Of a stretch of 64,000 nucleotides of DNA, positions 53,041 to 62,527 are shown piece after piece. Origin of the DNA: a virus; the IMG/VR virus record IMGVR_UViG_3300045988_096244. The stretch is one strand, 5' to 3'. Within the stretch, counting starts at the first letter, position 1, and each line of letters starts with the position of its first letter. Both the position numbers and the translations under genes were made by a program. The notes under the pieces were generated by a model that worked only from the letters and a program-made list of their open reading frames with translations, made no database searches and was not told the DNA's origin.

Positions 53041-54033
53041 ATGAATGTTTTAGGTGTCTGTGGAGCTCAAGGAGCTCTGTTATTTGAGTTTAAAGAGCAT
53101 CTTGTAGCCAATGTAGAGCCAAGAGCTGTGTTTCACTCCAAAAAAGAAGAGCAATGGAAGCTCAATTTTGGCAATATACCCTTTGTAAGGAGCCTTGAAG
53201 AGGTCAAAAACACCAAAATTGACCTAATACTCGGTTCTCCCTCATGTGGTCATAGCTCTGTATTCTCCTATTCGAGGAAAAAATCCTTGGGAAAACCCCG
53301 AGAAGATGCCACCCTTAATTTATATCTTTCTAGTATAAAGAAGTTCAAACCAGCAATATTTATGCTGGAGAACCTCCCTAAGCTTCTAGATTTTATTCCT
53401 ATCGGGGAATGGGAGCATAATTTACCCGATTATAAATTTATAGTTCACTGTCACTCCGTTTCGGTATTCGGTAATTCCCAACAAAGTAGGAAACGTATGG
53501 TATTGATAGGGGTGCGTAAAGATTCTAAAGTTAATCCCGACCTCTTTACTCATACTTTCAAAGTAAGTAAGTTGAAGAATCTATGTGAACTAAAGAAAGA
53601 AGTACGTAGAGATATAAATTACAGAGAAGCGGATGATAAGAAGTTGGCAATGTACCATTATGCAGATAAGTCAAAAACTACTCTAACTGTAGCTCAAGTG
53701 AGAAAGTTATGGAGAACTGAGTTTAAGAATGATTATAAATGGCCAATGAGAACTCAGAAGATGAAGACTCTTCCAGGAGTATACCGTAATAGAAAAAGAA
53801 GTTATCCCTTAACCGTTAGACCATCTTCAAGGCAATTCAATCCTCATGGAAGGATTATGGGCCTTGAAGAGTATAGGGTTATAATGGGCTTTCCTAAAAA
53901 CTTTAAGGTATACTTCGATAAGGCTAATCCAACCTACTGGTTAAATAAGGGAAGGAATACCTTAACCAAGGGGACTGTATATGAAATCTCACTATGGATT
54001 AAGACTTGTCTGAAGAAAGCGGATCTGATTTGA
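53041..54033 (+). CDS. DNA (cytosine-5)-methyltransferase-like protein, divergent motifs
   Basis: By eye: motif IV-like LGSPSCGHS (SPSC instead of PPC), motif VI ENLPKL, motif VIII QQSRKRMVLIG, motif IX-like LEEYRVIMGFPKNFKV. Motif I is atypical (LGVCGAQG). Confidence 0.55.
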   Translation: MNVLGVCGAQGALLFEFKEHLVANVEPRAVFHSKKEEQWKLNFGNIPFVRSLEEVKNTKIDLILGSPSCGHSSVFSYSRKKSLGKPREDATLNLYLSSIKKFKPAIFMLENLPKLLDFIPIGEWEHNLPDYKFIVHCHSVSVFGNSQQSRKRMVLIGVRKDSKVNPDLFTHTFKVSKLKNLCELKKEVRRDINYREADDKKLAMYHYADKSKTTLTVAQVRKLWRTEFKNDYKWPMRTQKMKTLPGVYRNRKRSYPLTVRPSSRQFNPHGRIMGLEEYRVIMGFPKNFKVYFDKANPTYWLNKGRNTLTKGTVYEISLWIKTCLKKADLI

Positions 54034-54208
54034 AATCTTTGTACATTTGTTTCAATTTATTATTTATCTCAACCTGCTTAGCTTTAAGCCTTAATCTCTT
54101 TATAGTAATGATAGTATACTTAGCTTTCAATTCTTTAACCTCGGGTAAATCCCTAAACTTAATTGCCTTTTGCATAACTAAAAGATTTATGAACCAATAG
54201 ATTCCCAA
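53999..54208 (-). CDS. hypothetical coiled-coil protein (uncertain; strand ambiguous)
   Basis: The minus ORF (MQKAIKFRDLPEVKELKAKY...) overlaps the MTase 3' end by 35 nt. A hydrophobic plus-strand ORF, 54006..54200, covers the same DNA. The sequence alone does not resolve which is real. Confidence 0.25.
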   Translation of the reverse strand: MGIYWFINLLVMQKAIKFRDLPEVKELKAKYTIITIKRLRLKAKQVEINNKLKQMYKDFKSDPLSSDKS

Positions 54209-54387
54209 AACTCTTTAAGGTAGCCTCCTTATATACGTATGCGTAATACGTGTACAGCCCATGTGATAATAGATATACATTAAAAGTATATCTATATATC
54301 TATATACGTATATGATATCGTCTATAGCTAAAGCTATATCTACTTTTTAAGGTAATGAAAAAGAACAAAAAATAACAAATACAGAAA

Positions 54388-55047
54388 ATGAAAAATGTAA
54401 TCCTAACCTTAGCCTTTATATTTATGGCCTTAACCATATTCTGGCTATGGAACCGAAATTCGGAATTAAAGGAAGGTATTAAAAATTCTACCGAGCAACC
54501 TGATACCGTTTGGGTTAATAAACCTTTTACAGCAAAGGTAGAATTTCCAAATTTTAAGTTGCCCAAGATGGTATTCCTCTATCAGATAGATTCAGTACCT
54601 ATTGAACGTATTGAATATGTTGATAGAGTAGTTACTATCATTCAGAAAGATTCAACCAAGATTGAATACAATGAGTTATTTCTAACTAACTATCCAAAGG
54701 CTCCAAAGTTATTGCAGATACTTTCAAATCGAGATAAGCTATCTATCACTACATTCAATACAGACTGTAGATTAGCTACAGAAGAATATAAGGTCAACTA
54801 TTCTCGGTATCAGTATAATTACCTGGATGGGAAATTAACCTATAAGAAAACACCTTTCCTTAAAAGATTCAATCCAGTGATTCAATATACCTTACGACCA
54901 GTACATAACTTCCATGATTTAGATTTCGGCCTGAAGTACAATACCAGTAAATTTAATTATGAGGCTGGGTTGAATATCAACTATTATCCCAAACTTCGGG
55001 ACAATTTAGGTCTCGACCCATACCTAAGAATTTCATACAATTTCTAA
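54388..55047 (+). CDS. secreted/outer-membrane-like protein (signal peptide, C-terminal ...LRISYNF)
   Basis: N-terminal hydrophobic signal-like segment MKNVILTLAFIFMALTIFWLW. Tyr/Asn-rich alternating strands end in a terminal Phe, as in beta-barrel OMP beta-signals. It sits 1 nt upstream of terL. Confidence 0.4.
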   Translation: MKNVILTLAFIFMALTIFWLWNRNSELKEGIKNSTEQPDTVWVNKPFTAKVEFPNFKLPKMVFLYQIDSVPIERIEYVDRVVTIIQKDSTKIEYNELFLTNYPKAPKLLQILSNRDKLSITTFNTDCRLATEEYKVNYSRYQYNYLDGKLTYKKTPFLKRFNPVIQYTLRPVHNFHDLDFGLKYNTSKFNYEAGLNINYYPKLRDNLGLDPYLRISYNF

Positions 55048-55048
55048 C

Positions 55049-57382
55049 ATGGCAAGAAAGAAGACATTAGTTGAAGATGCAAGTCTTACACCCGAACAAC
55101 TTAAGACCTTGGTTCGGGTGATGAAAGACCCGTTCTTCTTCTCTACTTTCTGCTACGTGATTAACCCCGTATTGGGTATGGTAAAGTTCCTCCTTTATCC
55201 TTTTCAGAAAGCGGTTCTTTACCAATTCATGCTCAATAGGTTCAATATCATCCTAAAGTTTCGTCAGGCTGGTATTACTGAGCTAATCTCTCTCTACTGT
55301 CTTTGGTTAGCAATGTATCATCCTAACAAGAAGATAAACATTATCTCAATCAAGGACACTGTAGCAAAGAAGGTACTGAAGAAGATTAAGTTCATGTACA
55401 AGAATCTTCCTTCATATCTGCAAGAGCCAATTATAAATGGTCGTGCAGGGGAGTTTGGTTCTGTATCAACTATAGAGTTTGCAAACGGTTCAGTTATTGA
55501 ATCTATACCAACATCTGACCAAGCTGGTCGTTCTGAATCTTTGTCGTTATTAGTGATTGATGAGGCAGCTATTGTTAGATGGGCTTCAACTATTTGGGCC
55601 TCAGCTTTCCCTACTCTATCAACCGGTGGTGCTGCTATAGTAAACTCTTGTATTACGGGAGATACCCAGATTATTGGCAAGGATGGTCCTTTTAGGGTTG
55701 ATTCTATTTGTCCCAAAACTTTTGGTAAGATGGATATATCACATCTTGGACTGAGAGTATTATCACATACTGGAAAGTGGCAGAGAGTACTTGGTTCTGT
55801 AAATAAGGGTGTACTTAAAACTTGGGAAGTTCACAATGAGCAAGGTAGGGTTATTAAATGTACTCCAAAACATAAGTTGTATACTCTTGAAGGTTGGTTA
55901 CCTGTTTCAGAGATAATCAAACGAGATATACCTGCTATCTTTTATCATACTGGTATAAGTGGTCTGGAGCAGAATCCAGTAACCGTAAAACCCAAGAAAA
56001 AGATATGTGTCCACAATCTGGTGGCTAAAGTATTCTTGGGAGAAATTCCTGATGGGTATGTAGTTGACCACATCAATAATAACCCATCTGACAACTATGT
56101 AACCAATCTTCAGATAGTTACAGTAGCTGAAAATGGTCAGAAAGCTGCAAAACATTCTTATGGGATGAAGCTTGGGTCCAAATTGAAAGGTGGATTCAAC
56201 TACGACTTAAGAGTGGTGGCTTACATAAGATACCGTTATCAAGAGCTTGGTTACTATTATGGAGTGTTAGAGAAGATATCTAAAGAGGTTGAAAGTAAGT
56301 TCGGAGTTAAGCTGAACAAACCTTACATTCAACGCATTGTATCTGGTAAACGTGGTACGAGTATCTACCTTTCTAAACTGAAAGTAGTTAGAAAATATTA
56401 CGATACCATTTATGATATTTGCGTTGAAAATGATGAATCTTACCTCATCAACGAAGACTACGTGTCTCATAACACCCCTTATGGTGTAGGTAACTTCTTC
56501 CACGGTACTTGGGTAGATGCCATATCTGGAGGTAATCCCTTTAATCCCATACGTTTGTATTGGCAGATGCACCCAGACAGAGATGAGAAGTGGTATGAAG
56601 AGATGTCTGCTGCACTTGGTCCTAAAAGAACTGCTCAGGAGATAGATGGTGACTTTTTATCATCTGGTAACACGGTATTCGATTTAGCTGACATCAAAGC
56701 TATTGAGGAATGTTTATTCGACTATCCAGTTATCAACACTCGTCTGAAAGGCCAATACAAGGAGTTCAATGAGCCAGACCCAAATAAGGAATACTTCATT
56801 GGTGGAGACTGTGCTACTGGACGAGGTACTGACTACTCTGCTTTTACTTGTATGGACCGGGATGGTGAAGAAGCTGCAGTATACAAGGGTAGAATACCTT
56901 TGAATAAGTATGCCCGTTTACTGGGTGATATTGGAGAGAAGTATAACTTTGCTAAGTTAGCTCCTGAGACCAATGACGTTGGTATGACAGTGACCACCAT
57001 ACTTCAGGATGAAGGTTATCCAAACCTTTACTTCTATACCAAGCTTCTCAGGAAGAAGCGTAAGAATAGACCTGAAGAAGACAAGTTCCCTGGTTGGTTG
57101 ACCACAACAAAAAACAGGTCTGTAATTATAGAGAACTTGGAGAAGGACATACGGGAGGAAAACGTAATTGTGAAAGACCCGTTCTTTGTACAAGAAGCTT
57201 ACACATTTATCTATGATGGTACAGGAAGACCCATTGCTAGAGGTAAGCATAGAATGAACAACTCATCAATGGACCTTGATTTGGAAGGTGAGACATACTC
57301 TGATGATGCTATCTTCGGGAAAGCTATTACAAACCATATTAGGTGTCACAGTGCATCTAACACTGTAGTTATTCCACAGTAG
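55049..57382 (+). CDS. terL: terminase large subunit, interrupted by an in-frame intein
   Basis: Walker B LLVIDEAA. The extein junction IVNS|TPYGVGNFFHGTW restores a terminase coupling motif. The C-terminal nuclease-domain region is present. The gene sits immediately upstream of the portal gene. Confidence 0.8.
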   Translation: MARKKTLVEDASLTPEQLKTLVRVMKDPFFFSTFCYVINPVLGMVKFLLYPFQKAVLYQFMLNRFNIILKFRQAGITELISLYCLWLAMYHPNKKINIISIKDTVAKKVLKKIKFMYKNLPSYLQEPIINGRAGEFGSVSTIEFANGSVIESIPTSDQAGRSESLSLLVIDEAAIVRWASTIWASAFPTLSTGGAAIVNSCITGDTQIIGKDGPFRVDSICPKTFGKMDISHLGLRVLSHTGKWQRVLGSVNKGVLKTWEVHNEQGRVIKCTPKHKLYTLEGWLPVSEIIKRDIPAIFYHTGISGLEQNPVTVKPKKKICVHNLVAKVFLGEIPDGYVVDHINNNPSDNYVTNLQIVTVAENGQKAAKHSYGMKLGSKLKGGFNYDLRVVAYIRYRYQELGYYYGVLEKISKEVESKFGVKLNKPYIQRIVSGKRGTSIYLSKLKVVRKYYDTIYDICVENDESYLINEDYVSHNTPYGVGNFFHGTWVDAISGGNPFNPIRLYWQMHPDRDEKWYEEMSAALGPKRTAQEIDGDFLSSGNTVFDLADIKAIEECLFDYPVINTRLKGQYKEFNEPDPNKEYFIGGDCATGRGTDYSAFTCMDRDGEEAAVYKGRIPLNKYARLLGDIGEKYNFAKLAPETNDVGMTVTTILQDEGYPNLYFYTKLLRKKRKNRPEEDKFPGWLTTTKNRSVIIENLEKDIREENVIVKDPFFVQEAYTFIYDGTGRPIARGKHRMNNSSMDLDLEGETYSDDAIFGKAITNHIRCHSASNTVVIPQ
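55649..56473 (+). mobile_element. intein (275 aa) with an HNH endonuclease insert in TerL
   Basis: It starts CITGDTQIIGKDGPF (block A), then CTPKHKLYT (block B), and ends DICVENDESYLINEDYVSHN followed by Thr. The internal HNLVAKVFLGEIPDGYVVDHINNNPSDNYVTNLQIVTVAEN is an HNH core. Confidence 0.8.
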
Positions 57383-57404
57383 ACCATAAATAATCTTATA
57401 TAAC

Positions 57405-58889
57405 ATGAAACTTAATCCTATCAGGTGGTTCTTAAGGTCAAAACCGGTAGAATCAAAGAACAAAGATGAAGGAAAGGGTTCCATAAGTCCGGGCAGAGTT
57501 TCTCAACCAGATGATGGTGTGGGGAACTCTGAACTCATTACCACTCTTAATGGTATGACGAACTTAGTTACCCCAACGTTCAGAACTGAACTAATACCTA
57601 TCATTCGGGACTTGTACAAAATAAACCCGGATGTAAGTATTGCACTACAGGATATGTTCAAGTTGTCCAATACCGGTCATACCATTGACTTCCCAAATAA
57701 CACGGCTGAAGAGTCTACCAAGATGAGGGAACACCTAAAGAAAGTAACAAAGAGGTGGTCGAGGTATACTGCAGGTATAGACGGGTTGGTAAACAAGTTC
57801 ATTGTTCAGTTACTGGTTAGTGGTGCAATATCTGCAGAGGGAGTACCAAACAAGAAACTTTCTGGACTGGAAACCATCCTCTTCATTAAGCCAGAGACTA
57901 TCAGGTTTAAGAGAGAGAACAATGGGGTATATCATCCATATCAAAGGAATCCACGTATAGTAGATGGTCTTAAAGATTCATTTATCAAATTGAATACCGA
58001 GACCTACTGTTATGTTGGGATGTACAACGACACTGATGAACCATACGGAGTACCTCCTTTCATGTCTGCTCTGGACTCCATTGCTGGTCAACATACTATG
58101 AGGAAGAATTTCAAACATATCATGGAAATCATGGGTATGGTTGGATTCTTGGAAGCAAAGATGGCTAAACCTCCTCGTACTGCTGGTGAAAGTGAAAAAA
58201 CTTACCAAGAACGTCTGAACAGTACGCTCCGAAAGATGAAAACCAACATTGTTGGTGGTATGTCTGATGGAGTTGTAGTTGGTTATATCGATGACCACGA
58301 ATTTGATTTGAAGTCTACCTCGGCTTCTATGCAGAACATTAACCTTCCTTGGAACATGAATCAGCAATCTGTTGCTAATGGCTTGGGAGTGAATGGTTCT
58401 ATCATAGGGGTTTCTGCATCACAATCTGGTACTGAGGGTGGAGCTGGTATACAGCTGTCAAAGATGATATCCCAGTTAAAAAATATACAAACCCTTGTAA
58501 TCTTTGTACTGGAGTTCTTTTATTCTCTAGAACTGCGCCTGGCGGGGTTCAATAATAAGGGAATAACAATTCAATTCGGGACTTCTACTGTTTCTGATGA
58601 TATCAAGTTACAACAGGCTCGTGAGTACCGTGCTCGGGTGAATGTAACCCTTTATAATCAGGGTATAATCAGTCAGGACCAGTTTGCTCGTGATATGGGT
58701 TATGAGGCTCCTGACCAACCCGAACCTAGAGAACCCGTTGAAGCCGATGATGATTCAGGTACTGGTGATACTACTACTGGCAAGAAGAAAAAGAAACGGG
58801 AAGATGATAAGGATAAGTCAGACCGTAGAACCAGGGATAAGAATAATCCAAATCCTAAACGAGGAGACCAAGACAGTAAACCAAGATAA
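57405..58889 (+). CDS. portal protein
   Basis: A 494-aa ORF directly after terL and before the scaffold/capsid genes. It has a charged, disordered-looking C-terminal tail. The call is mainly positional. Confidence 0.55.
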   Translation: MKLNPIRWFLRSKPVESKNKDEGKGSISPGRVSQPDDGVGNSELITTLNGMTNLVTPTFRTELIPIIRDLYKINPDVSIALQDMFKLSNTGHTIDFPNNTAEESTKMREHLKKVTKRWSRYTAGIDGLVNKFIVQLLVSGAISAEGVPNKKLSGLETILFIKPETIRFKRENNGVYHPYQRNPRIVDGLKDSFIKLNTETYCYVGMYNDTDEPYGVPPFMSALDSIAGQHTMRKNFKHIMEIMGMVGFLEAKMAKPPRTAGESEKTYQERLNSTLRKMKTNIVGGMSDGVVVGYIDDHEFDLKSTSASMQNINLPWNMNQQSVANGLGVNGSIIGVSASQSGTEGGAGIQLSKMISQLKNIQTLVIFVLEFFYSLELRLAGFNNKGITIQFGTSTVSDDIKLQQAREYRARVNVTLYNQGIISQDQFARDMGYEAPDQPEPREPVEADDDSGTGDTTTGKKKKKREDDKDKSDRRTRDKNNPNPKRGDQDSKPR

Positions 58890-58891
58890 TT

Positions 58892-60421
58892 ATGCCAATG
58901 GGACAACAGAACACCGATGTGATGGTGTTAAGTGCAGCTCATAGCTTGATGGTATCTGATGTACCAGAGATAGTTATAGATGCTCACTCTCTTTCTGAAA
59001 ACTTCTATAAGGGCACTGGTAACTTCAGTGATGACCCTAAGAAGTCTCTGGAAAGATTTGGTATGTGGGGAGGCACTCTGAATGTCAACCAGTTCATGCC
59101 AAATGTAACTCCAGAAATGTTAAAGCCAAAGGACAGCGACTTTATAGAGCCGATGTTCAGAATGCTTTCTGCCGCAATCGTGGCAAAGAAGTATAATCCA
59201 ACCGAGTTTCCGGCAGATATTCTGAAGGAATCAATGCCTTTGCTTGTAGGTCAGTCTGTAAACCTCGACCATGAGACTGATGTAGCCAATGCTATTGGTG
59301 CAGTTAAATCTGTAGAATGGCAGGAAGCCTACAAGGATGAAAAAACCGGAATAATTATTCCGGCAGGTATAAACGGTATCATGAAAATCGATGGGTTATC
59401 AAATCCTCGCATTGCTCGTGGTATTCAAATGGACCCACCATCTATCCACTCCAATTCGGTTACAGTTGAGTTTGCATGGGAACCTTCTCATACCTTCGAG
59501 GATATGTGGGAGTTCTATTCCAAACTCGGAACTTACACTGAAAACGGAGAACTCATTCGTAGGGTTGTTACAAAGATTATCTCCTACAAAGAGACTTCTT
59601 TGGTATGGCACGGAGCAGACCCATTTGCTCAACTTATCAAGAGTGGTAAGTTAAACAGCCCTGCTTATGCAGGAAGTCAGTACTATTCTTTCTCTGAGGA
59701 CAAGGCTGCTGAGGCTAACAACCCAGCAAAGCGGATATCTCTCTTTGACTTCAAGGTTCTTTCAGAAAAAGAGATAAAGTACAATACCACCCAATCTAAT
59801 AATGAAAAGGGTGCCGGAAAGGGTAACCACAATAACCAAAATAATAAAACAAACATGGACAAAGAATTGCAGCAGATGCTGACGAGTCTCTTTGGTGAAA
59901 ATCTTTTGACCCTTTCTGAAGGTCAGGAAGTTTCGACCGAGCTGGCTCTTTCCCAGATTAAGACTCTGGTACAGCAGAACAAGGACTTTGCTGAGGCAGT
60001 CGAGGCAAAGAACAAGGAGATTCAGACTCTCACGGAAGAGAAGACCATTCTCGAGAAAGACCTCAAATCGTACAAGGAGGCAAAAGAAAACTGGGATGGC
60101 CACATCCAGATTTTCCGTGAGGAAACGGTGGCAGCCTACAAAAAAGTTTCCGGAGAAGAGAACGTAGACTCGAACATCCTGGCACTTCTGGAGAATGAGG
60201 GAACTACGATGGAAACTCTCAAGGCTCTGCGTAAGACATATGACGCCCAGCTGGAAGAGAAATTCCCGATGCACTGCAACCACTGCGGCTCTCATGACGT
60301 GGGCCGTGCTTCTTCTATCAATCCCGAAGAGGACGAGGAGAAGAACCAGGCTCCCAAGTCCACTCGTGACGTAGCTCAGACTCTGGCAGACCGGAAACTC
60401 CGGGGCGAAATCAAGAAATAA
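58892..60421 (+). CDS. prohead protease and/or scaffolding protein (fusion-like)
   Basis: It lies between the portal and capsid genes. The C-terminal half is coiled-coil-like (QEVSTELALSQIKTLVQQNKDFAEAVEAKNKEIQTLTEEKTILEKDLKSYKEAKE). The N-terminal domain is unassigned. Confidence 0.4.
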   Translation: MPMGQQNTDVMVLSAAHSLMVSDVPEIVIDAHSLSENFYKGTGNFSDDPKKSLERFGMWGGTLNVNQFMPNVTPEMLKPKDSDFIEPMFRMLSAAIVAKKYNPTEFPADILKESMPLLVGQSVNLDHETDVANAIGAVKSVEWQEAYKDEKTGIIIPAGINGIMKIDGLSNPRIARGIQMDPPSIHSNSVTVEFAWEPSHTFEDMWEFYSKLGTYTENGELIRRVVTKIISYKETSLVWHGADPFAQLIKSGKLNSPAYAGSQYYSFSEDKAAEANNPAKRISLFDFKVLSEKEIKYNTTQSNNEKGAGKGNHNNQNNKTNMDKELQQMLTSLFGENLLTLSEGQEVSTELALSQIKTLVQQNKDFAEAVEAKNKEIQTLTEEKTILEKDLKSYKEAKENWDGHIQIFREETVAAYKKVSGEENVDSNILALLENEGTTMETLKALRKTYDAQLEEKFPMHCNHCGSHDVGRASSINPEEDEEKNQAPKSTRDVAQTLADRKLRGEIKK

Positions 60422-60459
60422 AACTGAAGAGTAACTTAAACATTAAATTAAATTAAATT

Positions 60460-60912
60460 ATGGCAGACTTACACAAAGTGGGTGGACGAACCCTCCAGGC
60501 TGTGATTTACAAAAGTGAATCTCACAAGCTTCATCAGGCATTTCCGGTAAAGGACGGTGACACCATCGTTCAGGGTCAGCCGGTAAAACTCAACACCGAT
60601 GGTACCATCTCTCCGTATACCGGAGCTGAAGGTGAAGTATACCTCGGTATCGCTGTTAACTACAGCAAGTACCCTGCATACCCTGTAACTCCAGCTGGGG
60701 TAGAAGTAACCGTAATGATGGAAGGATTTGCCGTCATTCACGGTATCGCAAAGACTGATATTACAAAGACTGGATATGTCCAGACTGACGGTACTCTGGA
60801 TGCCAGTGGTACGTATCTCAACTTCTCACCCTCGACAAGCAGTGCTGAAACCAAATTCATTGCCATCAACGTGGCTGAGGTGGACGACCTGGTACAGATT
60901 CTGGTAAAATAA
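60460..60912 (+). CDS. head accessory/decoration-like protein
   Basis: A 150-aa ORF immediately upstream of the major capsid gene with the same GC-rich codon usage. The call is positional. Confidence 0.35.
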   Translation: MADLHKVGGRTLQAVIYKSESHKLHQAFPVKDGDTIVQGQPVKLNTDGTISPYTGAEGEVYLGIAVNYSKYPAYPVTPAGVEVTVMMEGFAVIHGIAKTDITKTGYVQTDGTLDASGTYLNFSPSTSSAETKFIAINVAEVDDLVQILVK

Positions 60913-60931
60913 CTGAAAACATAAATTCAAT

Positions 60932-62041
60932 ATGGCAGAAAAAACTTTAACTCGGGAGCAGTACTTAAAGGAGCTTCCCGAAATCGTAAAGAACATGGAT
61001 GGCTTCCGACAGGGAAGCAACAAGAGTCTCCCGGTGGACATTCATTTGGGAGATATGGTCCAGGAGAAATACGGCATAACTCAGGAGGACTACTTCAAGG
61101 CCGTGGGATTCAATCCCAAAGTTGACACGATGGAGAACATCTACTCGATGCCGAATCCCGAACTGCGCTGGCTCGTGCCGGAGATCGTCCGTGAGGCAAT
61201 CTACCTGGGTATGCGAGAGGCTCCGTTCTATCCCAACATCATAGCTTCCGACCAGCCTATCAACGGGCTGACCGCTATCATGCCGCTCGTCAACATGTCC
61301 GACGCCAACCCTGCCCGGGTGAACGAGGCTGAGACCATTCCTCTGGGTACCGTATCCTTCGGCCAGAAGTCGGTCAACCTCTTCAAAATCGGCAAGGGTT
61401 TCAAGGTTACCGACGAGGTACGTAGCTACGTATCGATGGACGTCATGGCTATCTTCCTCCGTGACTTCGGCGTTCAGCTGGGTTATGCCATGGATGCACT
61501 GGCAATGGATGTCCTCGTCAAGGGTAACAAACTGGACGGTTCCGAGTCGGCCCCGGTTATCGGCGTAGGCGATACTACAAAGGGAATCCAGTATCGTGAC
61601 CTCCTCCGGGTATGGATTCGGGCATCCCGTATGGGCCGTCAGTTCCGTACCATTATCGGCGGCGAAGAGCAGGCACTCGACCTTCTCGACCTTCCGGAGT
61701 TCAAACTGCGTTCGTCTGGTACTACCGATGCCCGCCTGAACCTGAAGACCCCGGTTCCCAACTCAGCAGACTTCTACATTCATGGCGGAACTCCGGCAAA
61801 CGAGGTTATGCTCGTAGACCCGGCAGCTGCCATGATTAAGCTGACTGCAAAACAGCTCATGCTGGAGTCGGAGCGAATCGTATCGAACCAGACCGAGGCT
61901 ATCTATGCTTCGCTGACGACCGGTTTCTCGAAGATGTACCAGGATGCTTCTATCCTCATCGATGCCACGAAGGACTTCTCAACTCAGGGATTCCCTGACT
62001 ACATGAACGTAGACAACTATCTGACCGGTATCATCGAGTAA
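60932..62041 (+). CDS. major capsid protein
   Basis: A 369-aa ORF in the canonical position after the scaffold, with GC-rich codon usage and a terminator hairpin after it. Confidence 0.6.
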   Translation: MAEKTLTREQYLKELPEIVKNMDGFRQGSNKSLPVDIHLGDMVQEKYGITQEDYFKAVGFNPKVDTMENIYSMPNPELRWLVPEIVREAIYLGMREAPFYPNIIASDQPINGLTAIMPLVNMSDANPARVNEAETIPLGTVSFGQKSVNLFKIGKGFKVTDEVRSYVSMDVMAIFLRDFGVQLGYAMDALAMDVLVKGNKLDGSESAPVIGVGDTTKGIQYRDLLRVWIRASRMGRQFRTIIGGEEQALDLLDLPEFKLRSSGTTDARLNLKTPVPNSADFYIHGGTPANEVMLVDPAAAMIKLTAKQLMLESERIVSNQTEAIYASLTTGFSKMYQDASILIDATKDFSTQGFPDYMNVDNYLTGIIE

Positions 62042-62059
62042 CCTTCACAACTTAAACCT

Positions 62060-62085
62060 GGGAGCGGTATAATACCGCTCCCTTT
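62060..62085 (+). terminator. rho-independent terminator after the capsid gene
   Basis: gggagcggta (62060-62069) pairs with taccgctccc (62073-62082), followed by ttt. Confidence 0.6.
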
Positions 62086-62098
62086 AATCAATTTAACT

Positions 62099-62524
62099 AT
62101 GGCAAGTCCCAAGTACATAAAACTTAATCCGAAGGCCAGTATCTTCTACGACCAGGCTTCCAAGATTAAGGTTCTCCGTAACGAAGTTGTGGAGATAACC
62201 GAAAAACAGTTCAACACTCGAGTAATCAAAGCAGCTATCGCAAACGGTTACCTTCAGGAAGCTAAGGCAGACGAGTTCAAGGCCGGCGGTGCAAAGGTTA
62301 ATCCCACTGCTCCTAAGAAGGAGGTAGACCTGGAAGCCGTTAAGAAGAAGTTCGAAGACCTCGCCGAGGCAGAAGAGGCTCCAGAGAAAATCAAGGAGCA
62401 GTTCAACACGGAAGAGCTGAAGGCCCTGGCCATCTCCCTGGAGATTGAGCCGGAAGAGGGTGATACCAAGCTCGACTTGGTGAATGCTATCCTCGATGAG
62501 CTGAAGGACGAAGACTACGAGTAA
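62099..62524 (+). CDS. hypothetical head-associated protein with a C-terminal HeH/Rho-N-like motif
   Basis: By eye, EELKALAISLEIEPEEGDTKLDLVNAILDEL resembles the Rho_N/HeH helix-extension-helix pattern. Confidence 0.35.
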   Translation: MASPKYIKLNPKASIFYDQASKIKVLRNEVVEITEKQFNTRVIKAAIANGYLQEAKADEFKAGGAKVNPTAPKKEVDLEAVKKKFEDLAEAEEAPEKIKEQFNTEELKALAISLEIEPEEGDTKLDLVNAILDELKDEDYE

Positions 62525-62527
62525 GCT

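Noticed and set aside
54006-54200. Plus-strand 64-aa hydrophobic ORF
   Set aside because: It occupies the same DNA as the minus ORF 53999..54208. It looks like the hydrophobic antisense read of a Lys/Glu-rich coding frame. It is kept only as an alternative in the feature note.
59762-60295. 177-aa minus-strand ORF and other internal ORFs (59391..59654, 61612..61839, 60469..60741) inside the scaffold, decoration and capsid genes
   Set aside because: They lie in the GC-richer structural genes, where long spurious frames are expected. Each is fully embedded in a longer, syntenically sensible plus-strand gene.
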